Part shown: piece after piece, positions 27,023-35,767 of the stretch
Numbering within the stretch: position 1 is the first letter of the stretch
How the letters are laid out: every line of letters starts with the position of its first letter
Assembly (NCBI GenBank): GCA_031400655.1
Contig: JANNQH010000876.1
Location: 1-44,149, forward strand
Source: Deltaproteobacteria bacterium
GTDB lineage: Bacteria; Myxococcota_A; UBA9160; UBA4427
Length of the DNA: 44,149 nt
Direction of reading: 5' to 3'
Made by a program: the position numbers and the translations under genes
The notes under the pieces: model-generated
The model's database searches: none
Seen by the model: the letters and a program-made list of their open reading frames with translations, nothing else
What the model was told of the DNA's origin: nothing

Positions 27023-28179
27023 GCCTCAACGGGCGCGTCGCGATCGCCGGCGCGTACGAACATCCGAGCCGCCTCGCCCCGGGAAAGTCAGAGCTTCAGC
27101 TGATCGCCGAGGCGGCTAAGGGCGCCCTCGACGACGCCGGTCTCACGCTCGACGATGTCGACGCGCTCTACTCCGCCCATGCGAATTCCCTCCAGATGGG
27201 GGTCGTCGCCGTGGCCGAGTATCTCGACCTCCATCCCAATCACCTCGACGGCACGAATATCGGCGGGGCCTCCTTCGTCTCGCACGTGGGCCACGCGGCG
27301 GCTGCCATCCACGCGGGGCTCTGCGAGGTCGCGCTGATCGTCTACGGCAGTACGGCGGCCTCGAACGCGGTCGCGATCGGGACAGGCCTCGACATGGGGA
27401 GCGACCCCGTCCTCGCCTTCGAGAACCCCTTCGGCCAGGTTCTGGCTGGCAGCTACGCGATTGCCGCTCAGCGTCACATGCACCAGTACGGAACGACCTC
27501 GAATCAGCTCGCGGAGATCGCAGTGGCGATGAGGGCCCATGCATCGCTCAATCCCGATGCGAAGATGCGCGAGCCGATCACGGTCGCGGATGTGGTCGGA
27601 AGCCGGATGATTGCCGACCCTCTCCATCTGCTCGATTGCTGCATCATCACCGATGGGGCCGGTGCAGTCGTCGTGACGAGTGCCGAGCGGGCGCGGGATC
27701 TTTCGAAACCGCCGGTTCTCGTACGCGGCTGCGGCGAGGCCGTCTGGCACCAGAGCCGGGGTCGCTCCGATCCCCTGATCATCGCGGCCCGCCAGTCAGG
27801 CGAGCGTGCCTTTGCGATGGCGGGAGTGGAGCCCGCGGACATCGATTTCTGCACGCTCTACGATTCTTTCACGATCACCGTGCTGCTTACGCTCGAGAAC
27901 CTCGGCTTTTGCAAGCCCGGGGAGGGCGGTGCCTTCGTCGAGAACGGGCGCATCGCTCTCGGTGGCACGCTGCCGGTGAACCCCGATGGCGGCGGCCTCT
28001 CTTCGAACCACCCCGGCATGCGTGGGATCTTCCTCGTGATCGAGGCCGTGCGTCAGCTACGCGGCGAATGCGGATCGAGGCAGGTTCGTGATGCAGAACT
28101 CGCCTGCGTTCACGGGACGGGTGGCATGCTGACGCACATGCACAGCGGGGCGACTCTCATTCTCTCGGGAGATGTATGA
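27019..28179 (+). CDS. Thiolase-superfamily protein (SCP-x / lipid-transfer / Ltp2-like)
   Basis: The GTG overlaps the upstream stop (GTGA). Reads RVAIAGAYEHPSR...LLDCCIITDGAGAVVVTSAERA...NPDGGGLSSNHPGMRGI. Confidence 0.85.
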   Translation: MSLNGRVAIAGAYEHPSRLAPGKSELQLIAEAAKGALDDAGLTLDDVDALYSAHANSLQMGVVAVAEYLDLHPNHLDGTNIGGASFVSHVGHAAAAIHAGLCEVALIVYGSTAASNAVAIGTGLDMGSDPVLAFENPFGQVLAGSYAIAAQRHMHQYGTTSNQLAEIAVAMRAHASLNPDAKMREPITVADVVGSRMIADPLHLLDCCIITDGAGAVVVTSAERARDLSKPPVLVRGCGEAVWHQSRGRSDPLIIAARQSGERAFAMAGVEPADIDFCTLYDSFTITVLLTLENLGFCKPGEGGAFVENGRIALGGTLPVNPDGGGLSSNHPGMRGIFLVIEAVRQLRGECGSRQVRDAELACVHGTGGMLTHMHSGATLILSGDV

Positions 28180-28583
28180 GCGAGAAGATCGTCTACGAAG
28201 CACCGATCGTGACGCCCGAGACCGAGGCCTTCTGGCAAGGATGCAGTCGAGGGGAGCTGTTGCTCCAGCGTTGTGTCGATTGCGCGGAGCTTCAGCACAA
28301 ACCGCGCGGGTGCTGCGCCGCTTGCCTTGGCCCGCGTCTCGAGAACGTGGTGTGCTCCGGGGCCGGCTCGATCTTCAGCTTCACGATCATTCGGAAGAAC
28401 CGTCTACCCGCGTTCAAGGAGGCAGGACCCTACGTCGTCGCCTGGGTCGAGCTCGAGGAGGGGCCGCGCCTCATGGCGAACGTGGTCGGCATCGAGGCGG
28501 CCGACGTGCGGATCGGCCTTCCCGTCCGGGTGGAGTTCGTGCCGGCTGGCGGGCTCGCCGTGCCGAGATTCCGCGTCGCTTGA
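28176..28583 (+). CDS. Zn-ribbon + OB-fold protein (DUF35), partner of the thiolase-like protein
   Basis: Overlaps the upstream gene by ATGA. Reads FWQGCSRGELLLQRCVDCAELQHKPRGCCAACL (Cys4 ribbon), then GSIFSFTII...YVVAWVELEEGPRLMANV. Confidence 0.85.
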   Translation: MSEKIVYEAPIVTPETEAFWQGCSRGELLLQRCVDCAELQHKPRGCCAACLGPRLENVVCSGAGSIFSFTIIRKNRLPAFKEAGPYVVAWVELEEGPRLMANVVGIEAADVRIGLPVRVEFVPAGGLAVPRFRVA

Positions 28584-28669
28584 GCCGGGGTGTGTGGCAA
28601 GCAGCGCCCGGGACGCTTGGCCGGATGGCCCGTCGGTCAGTCACGAAATGATCCGTCGAAGGAGGAGAG

Positions 28670-29479
28670 ATGACCGAGCAAGCTCCGCGCGTCCGACTCG
28701 AGAAGCACGGCCCGATCGCGACCATCGTGCTGAGTCATCCGCGAAAGCTGAACGCCTGGAACTGGCAATCGGCTCGCGAGCTGAGTGCCCACGCGGACGA
28801 CCTCCGCTTCGACGAAGGGACTCGCGTCGTCATCGTGCGGGCGGAGGGCCGCTCGTTCTGTGCCGGGGCGGACGTTGCGGGCCAGGATGACGATTTCACC
28901 GGCCGCTCACCCGCCGAGACGGTCCGAAATTTTTATGAACGCTTCCGTTGGGTCAACGAGCGATTCAATGTGCTCACGAACTTACCGCAGCCTGTCCTGA
29001 TGGCCGTTCAGGGCCACTGTCTCGGTGCAGGGCTCGAGCTCGCGATGATGGGTGACATCCGAGTCGCAGCGGAGGACGCGTCCTTCGGCCTGCCGGAAGC
29101 GCGGATCGGGGGCCCTCTCGATACAGGGGGCGACATGCGGCTCGTCTCGGAAATCGGCCCGGGTTGGACGCGGCTGCTGGCTTTCACCGGCCGCCGAATC
29201 GACGCGGCTACGGCGCTTCGCCTGGGCATCGTCCAGGAGGTCGTGGCGCGCGACGACCTGGAGACCCACGTCCGCGCGCTGGCTCAGCAGATCGCCGACA
29301 ACGCGCCGCTCGCGGTTCAGGCGATGAAGCGCACGATCAATTTCTGGGCGGAGCGCGGAATGTCAGAGGCGATTCGCTTTCAGGCGGCGAGCTCTGCACC
29401 CTGCTTCGTCTCCGACGACATGGTGGTGGGCTACGAGGCGGCCAGCGCGAAAGTCAAACCCGAGTTCCTCGGAAAGTAA
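28670..29479 (+). CDS. Enoyl-CoA hydratase/isomerase family protein
   Basis: Reads IATIVLSHPRKLNAWN...VIVRAEGRSFCAGADV...PVLMAVQGHCLGAGLELAMMGDIRVA. Confidence 0.9.
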   Translation: MTEQAPRVRLEKHGPIATIVLSHPRKLNAWNWQSARELSAHADDLRFDEGTRVVIVRAEGRSFCAGADVAGQDDDFTGRSPAETVRNFYERFRWVNERFNVLTNLPQPVLMAVQGHCLGAGLELAMMGDIRVAAEDASFGLPEARIGGPLDTGGDMRLVSEIGPGWTRLLAFTGRRIDAATALRLGIVQEVVARDDLETHVRALAQQIADNAPLAVQAMKRTINFWAERGMSEAIRFQAASSAPCFVSDDMVVGYEAASAKVKPEFLGK

Positions 29480-29524
29480 GTGCCGCGCGGCGTAGATGCG
29501 GACGGATCACGCGAAGAAGTGTTC

Positions 29525-29945
29525 ATGGAATTCGCACTCCAGATGACCTTTCAGAAGTAGGGCCATCCCCCGGACTTCACGCATGCGCGCGTCTTTGCCG
29601 AGGAAATCCAGATGGCGTTGATGGACGGACGGTCTTTGGGATCGGAACCGGGGACAGCGCGCTGCTGAAGCTTGGGGGAGCGGCCCATGCAGCCCGCGAA
29701 CCGTCACCTCCAGGTGGGCTACGCGGCCCACGAGCACTGCCGGGTCGAATCCTCGGATCACAATCGTTCCCTGGTCGTCGACGGAGGGCTGATGGAGTAC
29801 CTCGGGCGTCGCTTCCTGATCGCGGGAATTCCGGAGGAGCTTGCGGAGCAGGGCGCGCGAAACCTCTTCATTCCTTCGGTCGTCGGGGATCCCCACGGCT
29901 ATGCGGATCGTCTGGCCGAAAAAGTGCTTCCGGCGTTCCGTTGGG
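29525..29945 (+). pseudogene. Heavily decayed LLM-class oxidoreductase relic (stops, frameshifts, internal deletions)
   Basis: Opens MEFALQMTFQK then a stop; compare MEFWQSLAL and MQFWLSIAR in the intact copies. Later pieces read GRTVFGIGTGDSA (another frame) and FLIAGIPEELAEQGARNLFIPSVVGDPHGYADRLAEKVLPAF, which is typical of an LLM C-terminus. Confidence 0.4.
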
Positions 29946-30122
29946 GTCGGCCGAGGCGTGGCCGGCCCCGACACGCAGTGCGACGACGTGCGCCTGGGCC
30001 TGGTCGGTCTTCTCGACGATTCTGTCGATAGTGAGCGTGTTCGATGTCGACATGTAGTCTCCTCTGGCCAAGAGCGGACGTACGGGATATCAAAGGCCGC
30101 CACAATCAATTGCATTCGAAAG

Positions 30123-30542
30123 ATGGACATGACGCACGTTCTCGATGCCGTGATCTCCGGAGAGACGCCGCGGGCCGACTACTCGTCCCGCCTCGAGCTT
30201 CCCCGTCCCCAAGGATGGGAGCGCGGGCGCGTCTGGGCGCGCTGGACGGTGGGCCCGGACTACCTGACGCCCTGGGGTGCCGTCTTTGGCGGCTACATCG
30301 CGGCCGTGGCCGACGAATTTGCCGGCATGGCCGCGCTGTCCGTGCTCGAGCCCGGCGTTCGCTTCGGTACCTCCGACCTGCGCATCTCCCTGATGCGGGC
30401 GCTACGGCCGGGCGTAGTCGAGATCGACGCGCGCGTGCTCTCCCACGGCCGATCCGCGGTCCATGTCGAGGTCGACTTCGTTCGACAGGACGGCAGCCTC
30501 GCGGTCCGGGTCTCGGCGACCCAGGTCCTTGCACATGGCTGA
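30123..30542 (+). CDS. PaaI-family (hotdog-fold) thioesterase
   Basis: Reads MDMTHVLDAVISGE...LTPWGAVFGGYIAAVADEFAGMAA...IDARVLSHGRSAVHVEVDF. Confidence 0.82.
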   Translation: MDMTHVLDAVISGETPRADYSSRLELPRPQGWERGRVWARWTVGPDYLTPWGAVFGGYIAAVADEFAGMAALSVLEPGVRFGTSDLRISLMRALRPGVVEIDARVLSHGRSAVHVEVDFVRQDGSLAVRVSATQVLAHG

Positions 30543-30656
30543 GGACTAGCGCTCCGCTCCGTCGAAGCGGGTCGGATTGAGACACCGTGGAGTGTCGCAG
30601 GAGCCGTCGGTGCGGCTCGCAACCGACCGCGAGTGCTGGTCCATTCCCATCCTTGG

Positions 30657-30677
30657 ACCGATCGCCGATCGGTGTTT
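30657..30677 (+). terminator. Hairpin ACCGATC-GCC-GATCGGT followed by GTTT, between convergent genes
   Basis: 7-bp perfect stem. It touches the stop codon of the reverse-strand XDH-family gene. Confidence 0.3.
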
Positions 30678-32962
30678 CAGCCGCGCTTCGTCTCGATGGC
30701 TTCGAGCACCCGGGGCGGGGTCATGGGCAACCGGTGCATGCGCACGCCGATCGCCCGGGAGACCGCGTTCCCGACGGTCGCGAGCGGCGGCACGATCGGC
30801 GTCTCACCGACACCGCGCACGCCATAGGGATGGAGCGGATTCGGGACCTCGACGACGACTGTGTCGATCATCGGCAGATCCGACGCGACCGGCATCCGAT
30901 AGTCGAGGAATCCCGGGTTCTCCATCTTCCCGTTCTTGTCGAAGAGATACTCCTCCCAGAGCGCCCAGCCGATGCCCTGAGCGGCTCCGCCCTGGAGCTG
31001 CCCTTCGACGTAGCTCGGATGGACCGCCTTGCCCGCGTCCTGGACGACCGTGTATCGCACGACCGTCGAGCGGCCCGTCTCGGGATCGACCTCGATGTCG
31101 CAGAGATGGACCCCGAAGCCCGGCCCCGCCGCGGGCGGATTGACCGAGGCGCTCGCGATGATGGGGCCGCCGGTGCGACCCATCTGCTTCGCGATCTCGG
31201 CCAGCGAGAGCGGCTTGTTGTTGGAGGCCCCGTTGGTGCCGATCGCCTGCCCGTCACGCCACTCGACCGCGTCGACCTCGCAGCCCCAGATCGTGGCCGC
31301 ACGCGCGCGCAGGTGCTCGATCACGAGCTTCGACGCCTCGATCACGGCCATGCCCGTCGCGTAGGTCACGCGACTTCCGCCCGTCGAGTCGCAGTAGCCG
31401 ACCGAGTCCGTGTCCCCGACGAGCGGGCGTACGCGCTCGACGGGAATTCCCAGCTCCTCGGCGACCATGATCGCCATCGAGGCGCGCGAGCCGCCGATGT
31501 CCGGGTTCCCGGTCCGGACGACCGCCGACCCGTCGTCGTCGATCGACACCGTCGCACTCGACTGGAACCCGACATTGAACCAGAAGCCGGCCCCGACGCC
31601 GCGTCCCTGGTTCTTGCCGAGGGGCGCCGTGTAATGCGGATGGCTCTTCGCCGCTTGGAGACACTCGATGAATCCGATGCGATCGAACTTCGGACCGTAC
31701 GAAGCCATGTCCCCCTCCTTCACGGCATTCTTCAGCCGCAGGTCGATCGGGTCCATCCCGAGCTTCTGGGCCAGCTCGTCGATCACCGACTCGAGCGCGT
31801 AGGCCGCGTTGGGCGCGCCCGGCGCCCGATAGGCCGCGACCTTCGGCTTGTTGAGAGCGACGTCGAGTCCCTCCAGCCGGAAGCTCGGAAAGTTGTAGGA
31901 CGCGAAGATCGTCATCGCCCCAGCACCCATCGGCGACCCCGCGAAGCCGCCCGCCTCAAATTCCATGAGCGTATCGGCCGCGACGAAACGTCCGTCCTTC
32001 TTCGCGCCGAGCTTGACCCAGATGCGCGTGCCCGAGGTCGGACCCGTCGCCCGGAAGACCTCCTCGCGCGTCATCACCATCTTGACGGGCCGCCGCGCCT
32101 TGCGCGACAACAACAGCGCCACCGGCTCGAGATAGACCGTTGTCTTACCGCCGAACCCGCCGCCGATCTCGGACGGCGTCACGCGGATCAGGTTCGGGTC
32201 GAGCTGGAGCATCCCCGCGACCAGCGACTTGACGGAGAACGGGCCCTGGGTCGAGCACCAGATTTCGGCCTCACCGTTCTCACGGGTCATCACGACCGCT
32301 GCATGGGGCTCGATGTAGCCCTGATGCGCCATGCTGACCTCGTACCAGCCCTCGACGACGACGTCCGCCGTCTTGAACGCCGCATCGACGTCGCCCTTCG
32401 CGTTCGCGAGGCGCATCATGATGTTCGTGTCGCCCTCGGGCAGCGGCGGCACGCCGACGGCCTTGCGGCCCGGGTGCAGGATCGGCGCGTCCTTCGCGAG
32501 CGCCTGATCGAGGGAAAGGACCGGCTTCAGGACCTCGTAGTCGACCTCGATCGCCTGGCAGGCTTCGCGCGCCTGCTCGAGGGTCGTCGCGGCGATGGCC
32601 GCGATCGCATGGCCGTGATAGAGGGCCTTGCCGCGAGCCATGATATTGGCCTGGAGATCCCTCGGGTCGATGAGCCTCTCGCCTGCGAGCAGCATGCCCG
32701 AGCTGTCGAGCTCCGGAAAATCCGCGCCCGTGACGACCGCCTTTACTCCGGGCAGCTTCAGCGCGGCCGAGATGTCGATCCGCTCGATCCTCGCGTGGGC
32801 GTGTGGGCTTCGAAGGATCGCGCCCCAGAGCATGCCCGGCAGCGCCAGATCCGCGCCGTAGCCGGCCCGACCCGTCACCTTGTCGACGCCGTCGTGGCGG
32901 ATCGGTCGCGTACCCACGACCTTGAACTTGCGATCGCCGTTGCGGCTGGTCTGGTAGCTCAT
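30677..32962 (-). CDS. Xanthine dehydrogenase/aldehyde oxidase-family molybdopterin-binding subunit
   Basis: The ATG at 32962 follows a GGGGAGA RBS. Reads FKVVGTRPIRHDGVDKVTGRAGYGADL (a/b hammerhead), then AAYRAPGAPNAAYALES...GGFGGK...DAGKAVHPSYVEGQLQGG. Confidence 0.9.
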   Translation of the reverse strand: MSYQTSRNGDRKFKVVGTRPIRHDGVDKVTGRAGYGADLALPGMLWGAILRSPHAHARIERIDISAALKLPGVKAVVTGADFPELDSSGMLLAGERLIDPRDLQANIMARGKALYHGHAIAAIAATTLEQAREACQAIEVDYEVLKPVLSLDQALAKDAPILHPGRKAVGVPPLPEGDTNIMMRLANAKGDVDAAFKTADVVVEGWYEVSMAHQGYIEPHAAVVMTRENGEAEIWCSTQGPFSVKSLVAGMLQLDPNLIRVTPSEIGGGFGGKTTVYLEPVALLLSRKARRPVKMVMTREEVFRATGPTSGTRIWVKLGAKKDGRFVAADTLMEFEAGGFAGSPMGAGAMTIFASYNFPSFRLEGLDVALNKPKVAAYRAPGAPNAAYALESVIDELAQKLGMDPIDLRLKNAVKEGDMASYGPKFDRIGFIECLQAAKSHPHYTAPLGKNQGRGVGAGFWFNVGFQSSATVSIDDDGSAVVRTGNPDIGGSRASMAIMVAEELGIPVERVRPLVGDTDSVGYCDSTGGSRVTYATGMAVIEASKLVIEHLRARAATIWGCEVDAVEWRDGQAIGTNGASNNKPLSLAEIAKQMGRTGGPIIASASVNPPAAGPGFGVHLCDIEVDPETGRSTVVRYTVVQDAGKAVHPSYVEGQLQGGAAQGIGWALWEEYLFDKNGKMENPGFLDYRMPVASDLPMIDTVVVEVPNPLHPYGVRGVGETPIVPPLATVGNAVSRAIGVRMHRLPMTPPRVLEAIETKRG

Positions 32963-33094
32963 GCTGTTTCTCCCCACATCGACGCGGCCGCGTCGAGGAC
33001 GGTCCTCGCGAGCGATCGTCATGTCGTCGCATCTCGACTCGGTTCGGCTCTGCCGGCGGCTCGGCTCCCGAATCGGCTGTGTCGATCGGCCCGC

Positions 33095-33547
33095 CTATTT
33101 CGTCCACTCCTCGGGCGGCTTCCCATCTCCGACATCCGCATGGACCGAAACCACCGAGACCCGCTCGACATTCAACGTCGCCGTCACCCGCTCGTCGCCC
33201 GGCCGATCGAACGGATAGCGGTCTTGGCCCATGTACTTCTTCGCGATCGAATCGATGAAGCGGCGGTCCTTGTCGTCCTCGAGGGTGACCCGGCCGCGGA
33301 TCTCGATGTATCGCCAGATGTTCTGCGGATCCGGGACGGACAGGGCCACCCGGTCGTCCGCGCGGAGGTTGCGGTATTTTTCGCGGGTCTTCGTGAAGCT
33401 GAAGCGAACGTGACGACCGTCCCAGATCAGACAGACTGGATGATTCGAAAGCATGCCGTCCGGCCGCACGGTGGCCACGTGCGCGAAACACTTCGCCTCC
33501 AGGATGTCGACATGGCTCGCGGGGATCTCCCGCAGAATCTTGGGCAT
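33095..33547 (-). CDS. PPOX-class (pyridoxamine-5'-phosphate-oxidase-fold) probable F420/FMN-dependent protein
   Basis: Reads ILEAKCFAHVATVRPDGMLSNHPVCLIWDGRHVRFSFTKTREKYRNLRADDRVALSV...WRYIEIRGRV. Confidence 0.8.
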   Translation of the reverse strand: MPKILREIPASHVDILEAKCFAHVATVRPDGMLSNHPVCLIWDGRHVRFSFTKTREKYRNLRADDRVALSVPDPQNIWRYIEIRGRVTLEDDKDRRFIDSIAKKYMGQDRYPFDRPGDERVTATLNVERVSVVSVHADVGDGKPPEEWTK

Positions 33548-33705
33548 GGTGAATCCCTCTTTGACTCCGAGGTCTCGCCTCGAGAGCTAGCCCCGATCCG
33601 TTATTAGATCGGCCGGTTTACGAAATGATCTCTACCGGTGGTGAAGAAAATCCCGCTGATTCTCCTACGCGCCAGGAAACCCTGCAGGCGATCTCATCGC
33701 GAGCA

Positions 33706-34401
33706 TCACAAGGCTCTCACGGTGAATTCGTTACCGCGCCCGACGTCGATCGGAAGCGATTGCGAGAGATAGCCGTTCGCCGGGTCGCGGACGTAATCCA
33801 GATAGCCTTGGTCGAAGGCGTTCTCACCGAGGATCACCGCTCCAGGCTTCAGCCGGGGTTCGATCAGCTTCAGTACCGGCAGGTAGAGGGATAGTGCGCC
33901 GTCGATCAGCAGCAGATCGACTTCGCCGCCGACATCCCTGAGAGTCTGCAAGGCGTCGCCTTCGCGAATGTCGACCAGATTGGCGAGGCCCGCCGCGTCG
34001 AGGTTGGTGCGCGCCCGCCCCACCTTGGCGGACTCCAGTTCGGTACCGATGAGATGCCCGCCGCCGTTGTCCCGGAGCGCGGCAGCGAGATAGATCGCCG
34101 AGATCCCCATCGACGTGCCGAACTCGACGATGCGCGTCGCCCTGCGGGCGCGAGCGATCATATAAAGGAAGCGCCCGAACGTCGGCGAGACGGCAAGGAA
34201 ACTGGCCGCGCAGCTCCGATAGACTGCCCGATAGTCCGCGCGTTCCTTCGCGAGCCACTGGCTGCCCCATTGCTCCATCGATGCGCCGGAGACCCCCATA
34301 TCCGTCATGACCCCGGCCATATTCTCTCGGTCTGCCGATTCGGCCTCCTGATGAAGCCTGCCCAGGATTTGGGGGACAGGTCCGGTTGTTAGTGTGTTCA
34401 C
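33706..34401 (-). CDS. Class I SAM-dependent O-methyltransferase (caffeoyl-CoA OMT-like)
   Basis: The GTG at 34401 lies 8 nt after AAAGGA. Reads RIVEFGTSMGISAIYLAAAL...LIGTELE...DLLLIDG. The track's longer ORF (to 34479) borrows 13 vestigial TetR codons from repeat R2. Confidence 0.82.
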   Translation of the reverse strand: MNTLTTGPVPQILGRLHQEAESADRENMAGVMTDMGVSGASMEQWGSQWLAKERADYRAVYRSCAASFLAVSPTFGRFLYMIARARRATRIVEFGTSMGISAIYLAAALRDNGGGHLIGTELESAKVGRARTNLDAAGLANLVDIREGDALQTLRDVGGEVDLLLIDGALSLYLPVLKLIEPRLKPGAVILGENAFDQGYLDYVRDPANGYLSQSLPIDVGRGNEFTVRAL

Positions 34402-34440
34402 GTCATTTCCTTTCACGTTTCCTGGGGGCCGAATTGGCAT

Positions 34441-34572
34441 AGACGCATCGGTTCGGGCCTGTTTGCGGGTTGACGGCAAGACTGGTACACCGTTACAGTG
34501 ATGACACGATTTGTAACGCGCGAGCCCACGCCCCGCAATGGGCCACGGGGAGGCGAATGATCGACTACGACC
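34441..34572 (+). repeat. R2: 132-bp copy of the duplicated TetR/oxygenase control region
   Basis: See R1. Here the rightward MIDYD continues into the P450 gene. The leftward TetR-like codons (MPSTRKQARTDAS) have no TetR continuation. Confidence 0.9.
34470..34518 (+). promoter_or_regulatory. Second copy of the putative promoter and the CGTTACA-N14-TGTAACG operator
   Basis: TTGACG at 34470-34475. Inverted arms at 34491-34497 and 34512-34518. GGAGG RBS before the ATG at 34557. Confidence 0.45.
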
Positions 34573-35744
34573 CCTATGCCGAAGACGTCCTCGCGGATCC
34601 CCATCCCTTCTACCGCCGTCTGCGCGAAGAGGCGCCCGCCTACTACGTCGAGAAATACAACGCCTGGGCGCTCTCGCGCTTCGAAGACGTCTGGATGGCC
34701 TCGGGCGATCCGACGCGGTTCTCGTCGACCGGGGGAACGCTGCCGGCGCAGGTCCTGACGAAGGAGCAGCCAGTCATCCCGATCCTCAACTACATCGATC
34801 CCCCCCAGCACACCGAGCTGCGGGGCATCTTCAAATCCCGGTTCACGCCGCGGGCGGTCGGAGCGATGGAAGGCATGGTGCGCGCGGCGGCCGTCGAGCT
34901 CCTCGAACGCGGCGCGCAATCGAGTGAATTCGACTTCGTCGACGACTTCGCGATCCCGTTCTCGACCCGGGTCGCTGCGCACGTGATCGGCGTTCCGCCC
35001 GCCGACATGCCCTCGATGGTCGAGTGGATGCAGCGCTTCTTCGGTCACGATCCCGACAGTGGAAGCATGACCCCGGACGGAATCGAGGCGCTCGAGGAGG
35101 TGAACTGCTACGGCGCGGATCTGGTCCGGGAGCGGCGGCGCCGGCCGACCGACGCCTCCGACGCGATCAATTCGCTGATCGCCCATGAGCGCGCGACGGG
35201 CCGATTCTTTGCCGACGAGGAGGCCGGGATGCACCTCGGCATGCTCGTGATCGCGGGCGCCGAGACCTCCGCGAAGGCGCTCGCCCTCACTGTCTCGCTC
35301 CTGGCACGCCATCCCGATCAGCGTCGCCGTCTGCGGGAGGAGCCCGGGCTCGTGGTCGACGCCTTCCACGAGGCCCTGCGCTTCGACAACCCGACCCAGT
35401 TCCTCTGTCGGACCGTCGCGCGGCCGACCGAGCTCCATGGCCAGAAGCTCGTGCCCGGCCAGGGCGTGATGCTCCTCTACGCTTCCGGCAATCGCGACGA
35501 GCGCGAGTTTGCGCTGCCCGACCGCTTCGACGTGACCCGGCGACCCGCCCGCCTCCTGAGCTTCTCGGTCGGACGTCATCTCTGCCTGGGAATCCACGTC
35601 GCTCGCCTCGAGGCTCGAGTTGCCCTCCAGGAGCTCTTGTCGCGCCACCCGGAATACCAGGTCGACTTCGCCCGGGCCGAGTCGATCCGCACCGAGTTCA
35701 TCCGGGGCTACAGCCATCTGCCCGTATCGCTCCGGCGATCCTGA
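34557..35744 (+). CDS. Cytochrome P450
   Basis: Reads MIDYDPYAEDVLADPHPFYRRLREEAP.... Contains AGAETS (I-helix), EALRF (ExxR) and the heme loop FSVGRHLCLGIHVARLE. Confidence 0.92.
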   Translation: MIDYDPYAEDVLADPHPFYRRLREEAPAYYVEKYNAWALSRFEDVWMASGDPTRFSSTGGTLPAQVLTKEQPVIPILNYIDPPQHTELRGIFKSRFTPRAVGAMEGMVRAAAVELLERGAQSSEFDFVDDFAIPFSTRVAAHVIGVPPADMPSMVEWMQRFFGHDPDSGSMTPDGIEALEEVNCYGADLVRERRRRPTDASDAINSLIAHERATGRFFADEEAGMHLGMLVIAGAETSAKALALTVSLLARHPDQRRRLREEPGLVVDAFHEALRFDNPTQFLCRTVARPTELHGQKLVPGQGVMLLYASGNRDEREFALPDRFDVTRRPARLLSFSVGRHLCLGIHVARLEARVALQELLSRHPEYQVDFARAESIRTEFIRGYSHLPVSLRRS

Positions 35745-35767
35745 TCCGACCGCGGCGGGGAGAACCG

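Noticed and set aside
29507-30130. 207-aa reverse-strand ORF spanning the spacer between the crotonase and PaaI genes.
   Set aside because: Most of it is the antisense of LLM-relic fragments and has an Arg/His/Pro-rich, low-complexity composition. Only the separate 61-codon reading starting at 30053 has an RBS, and that is reported as a low-confidence observation instead.
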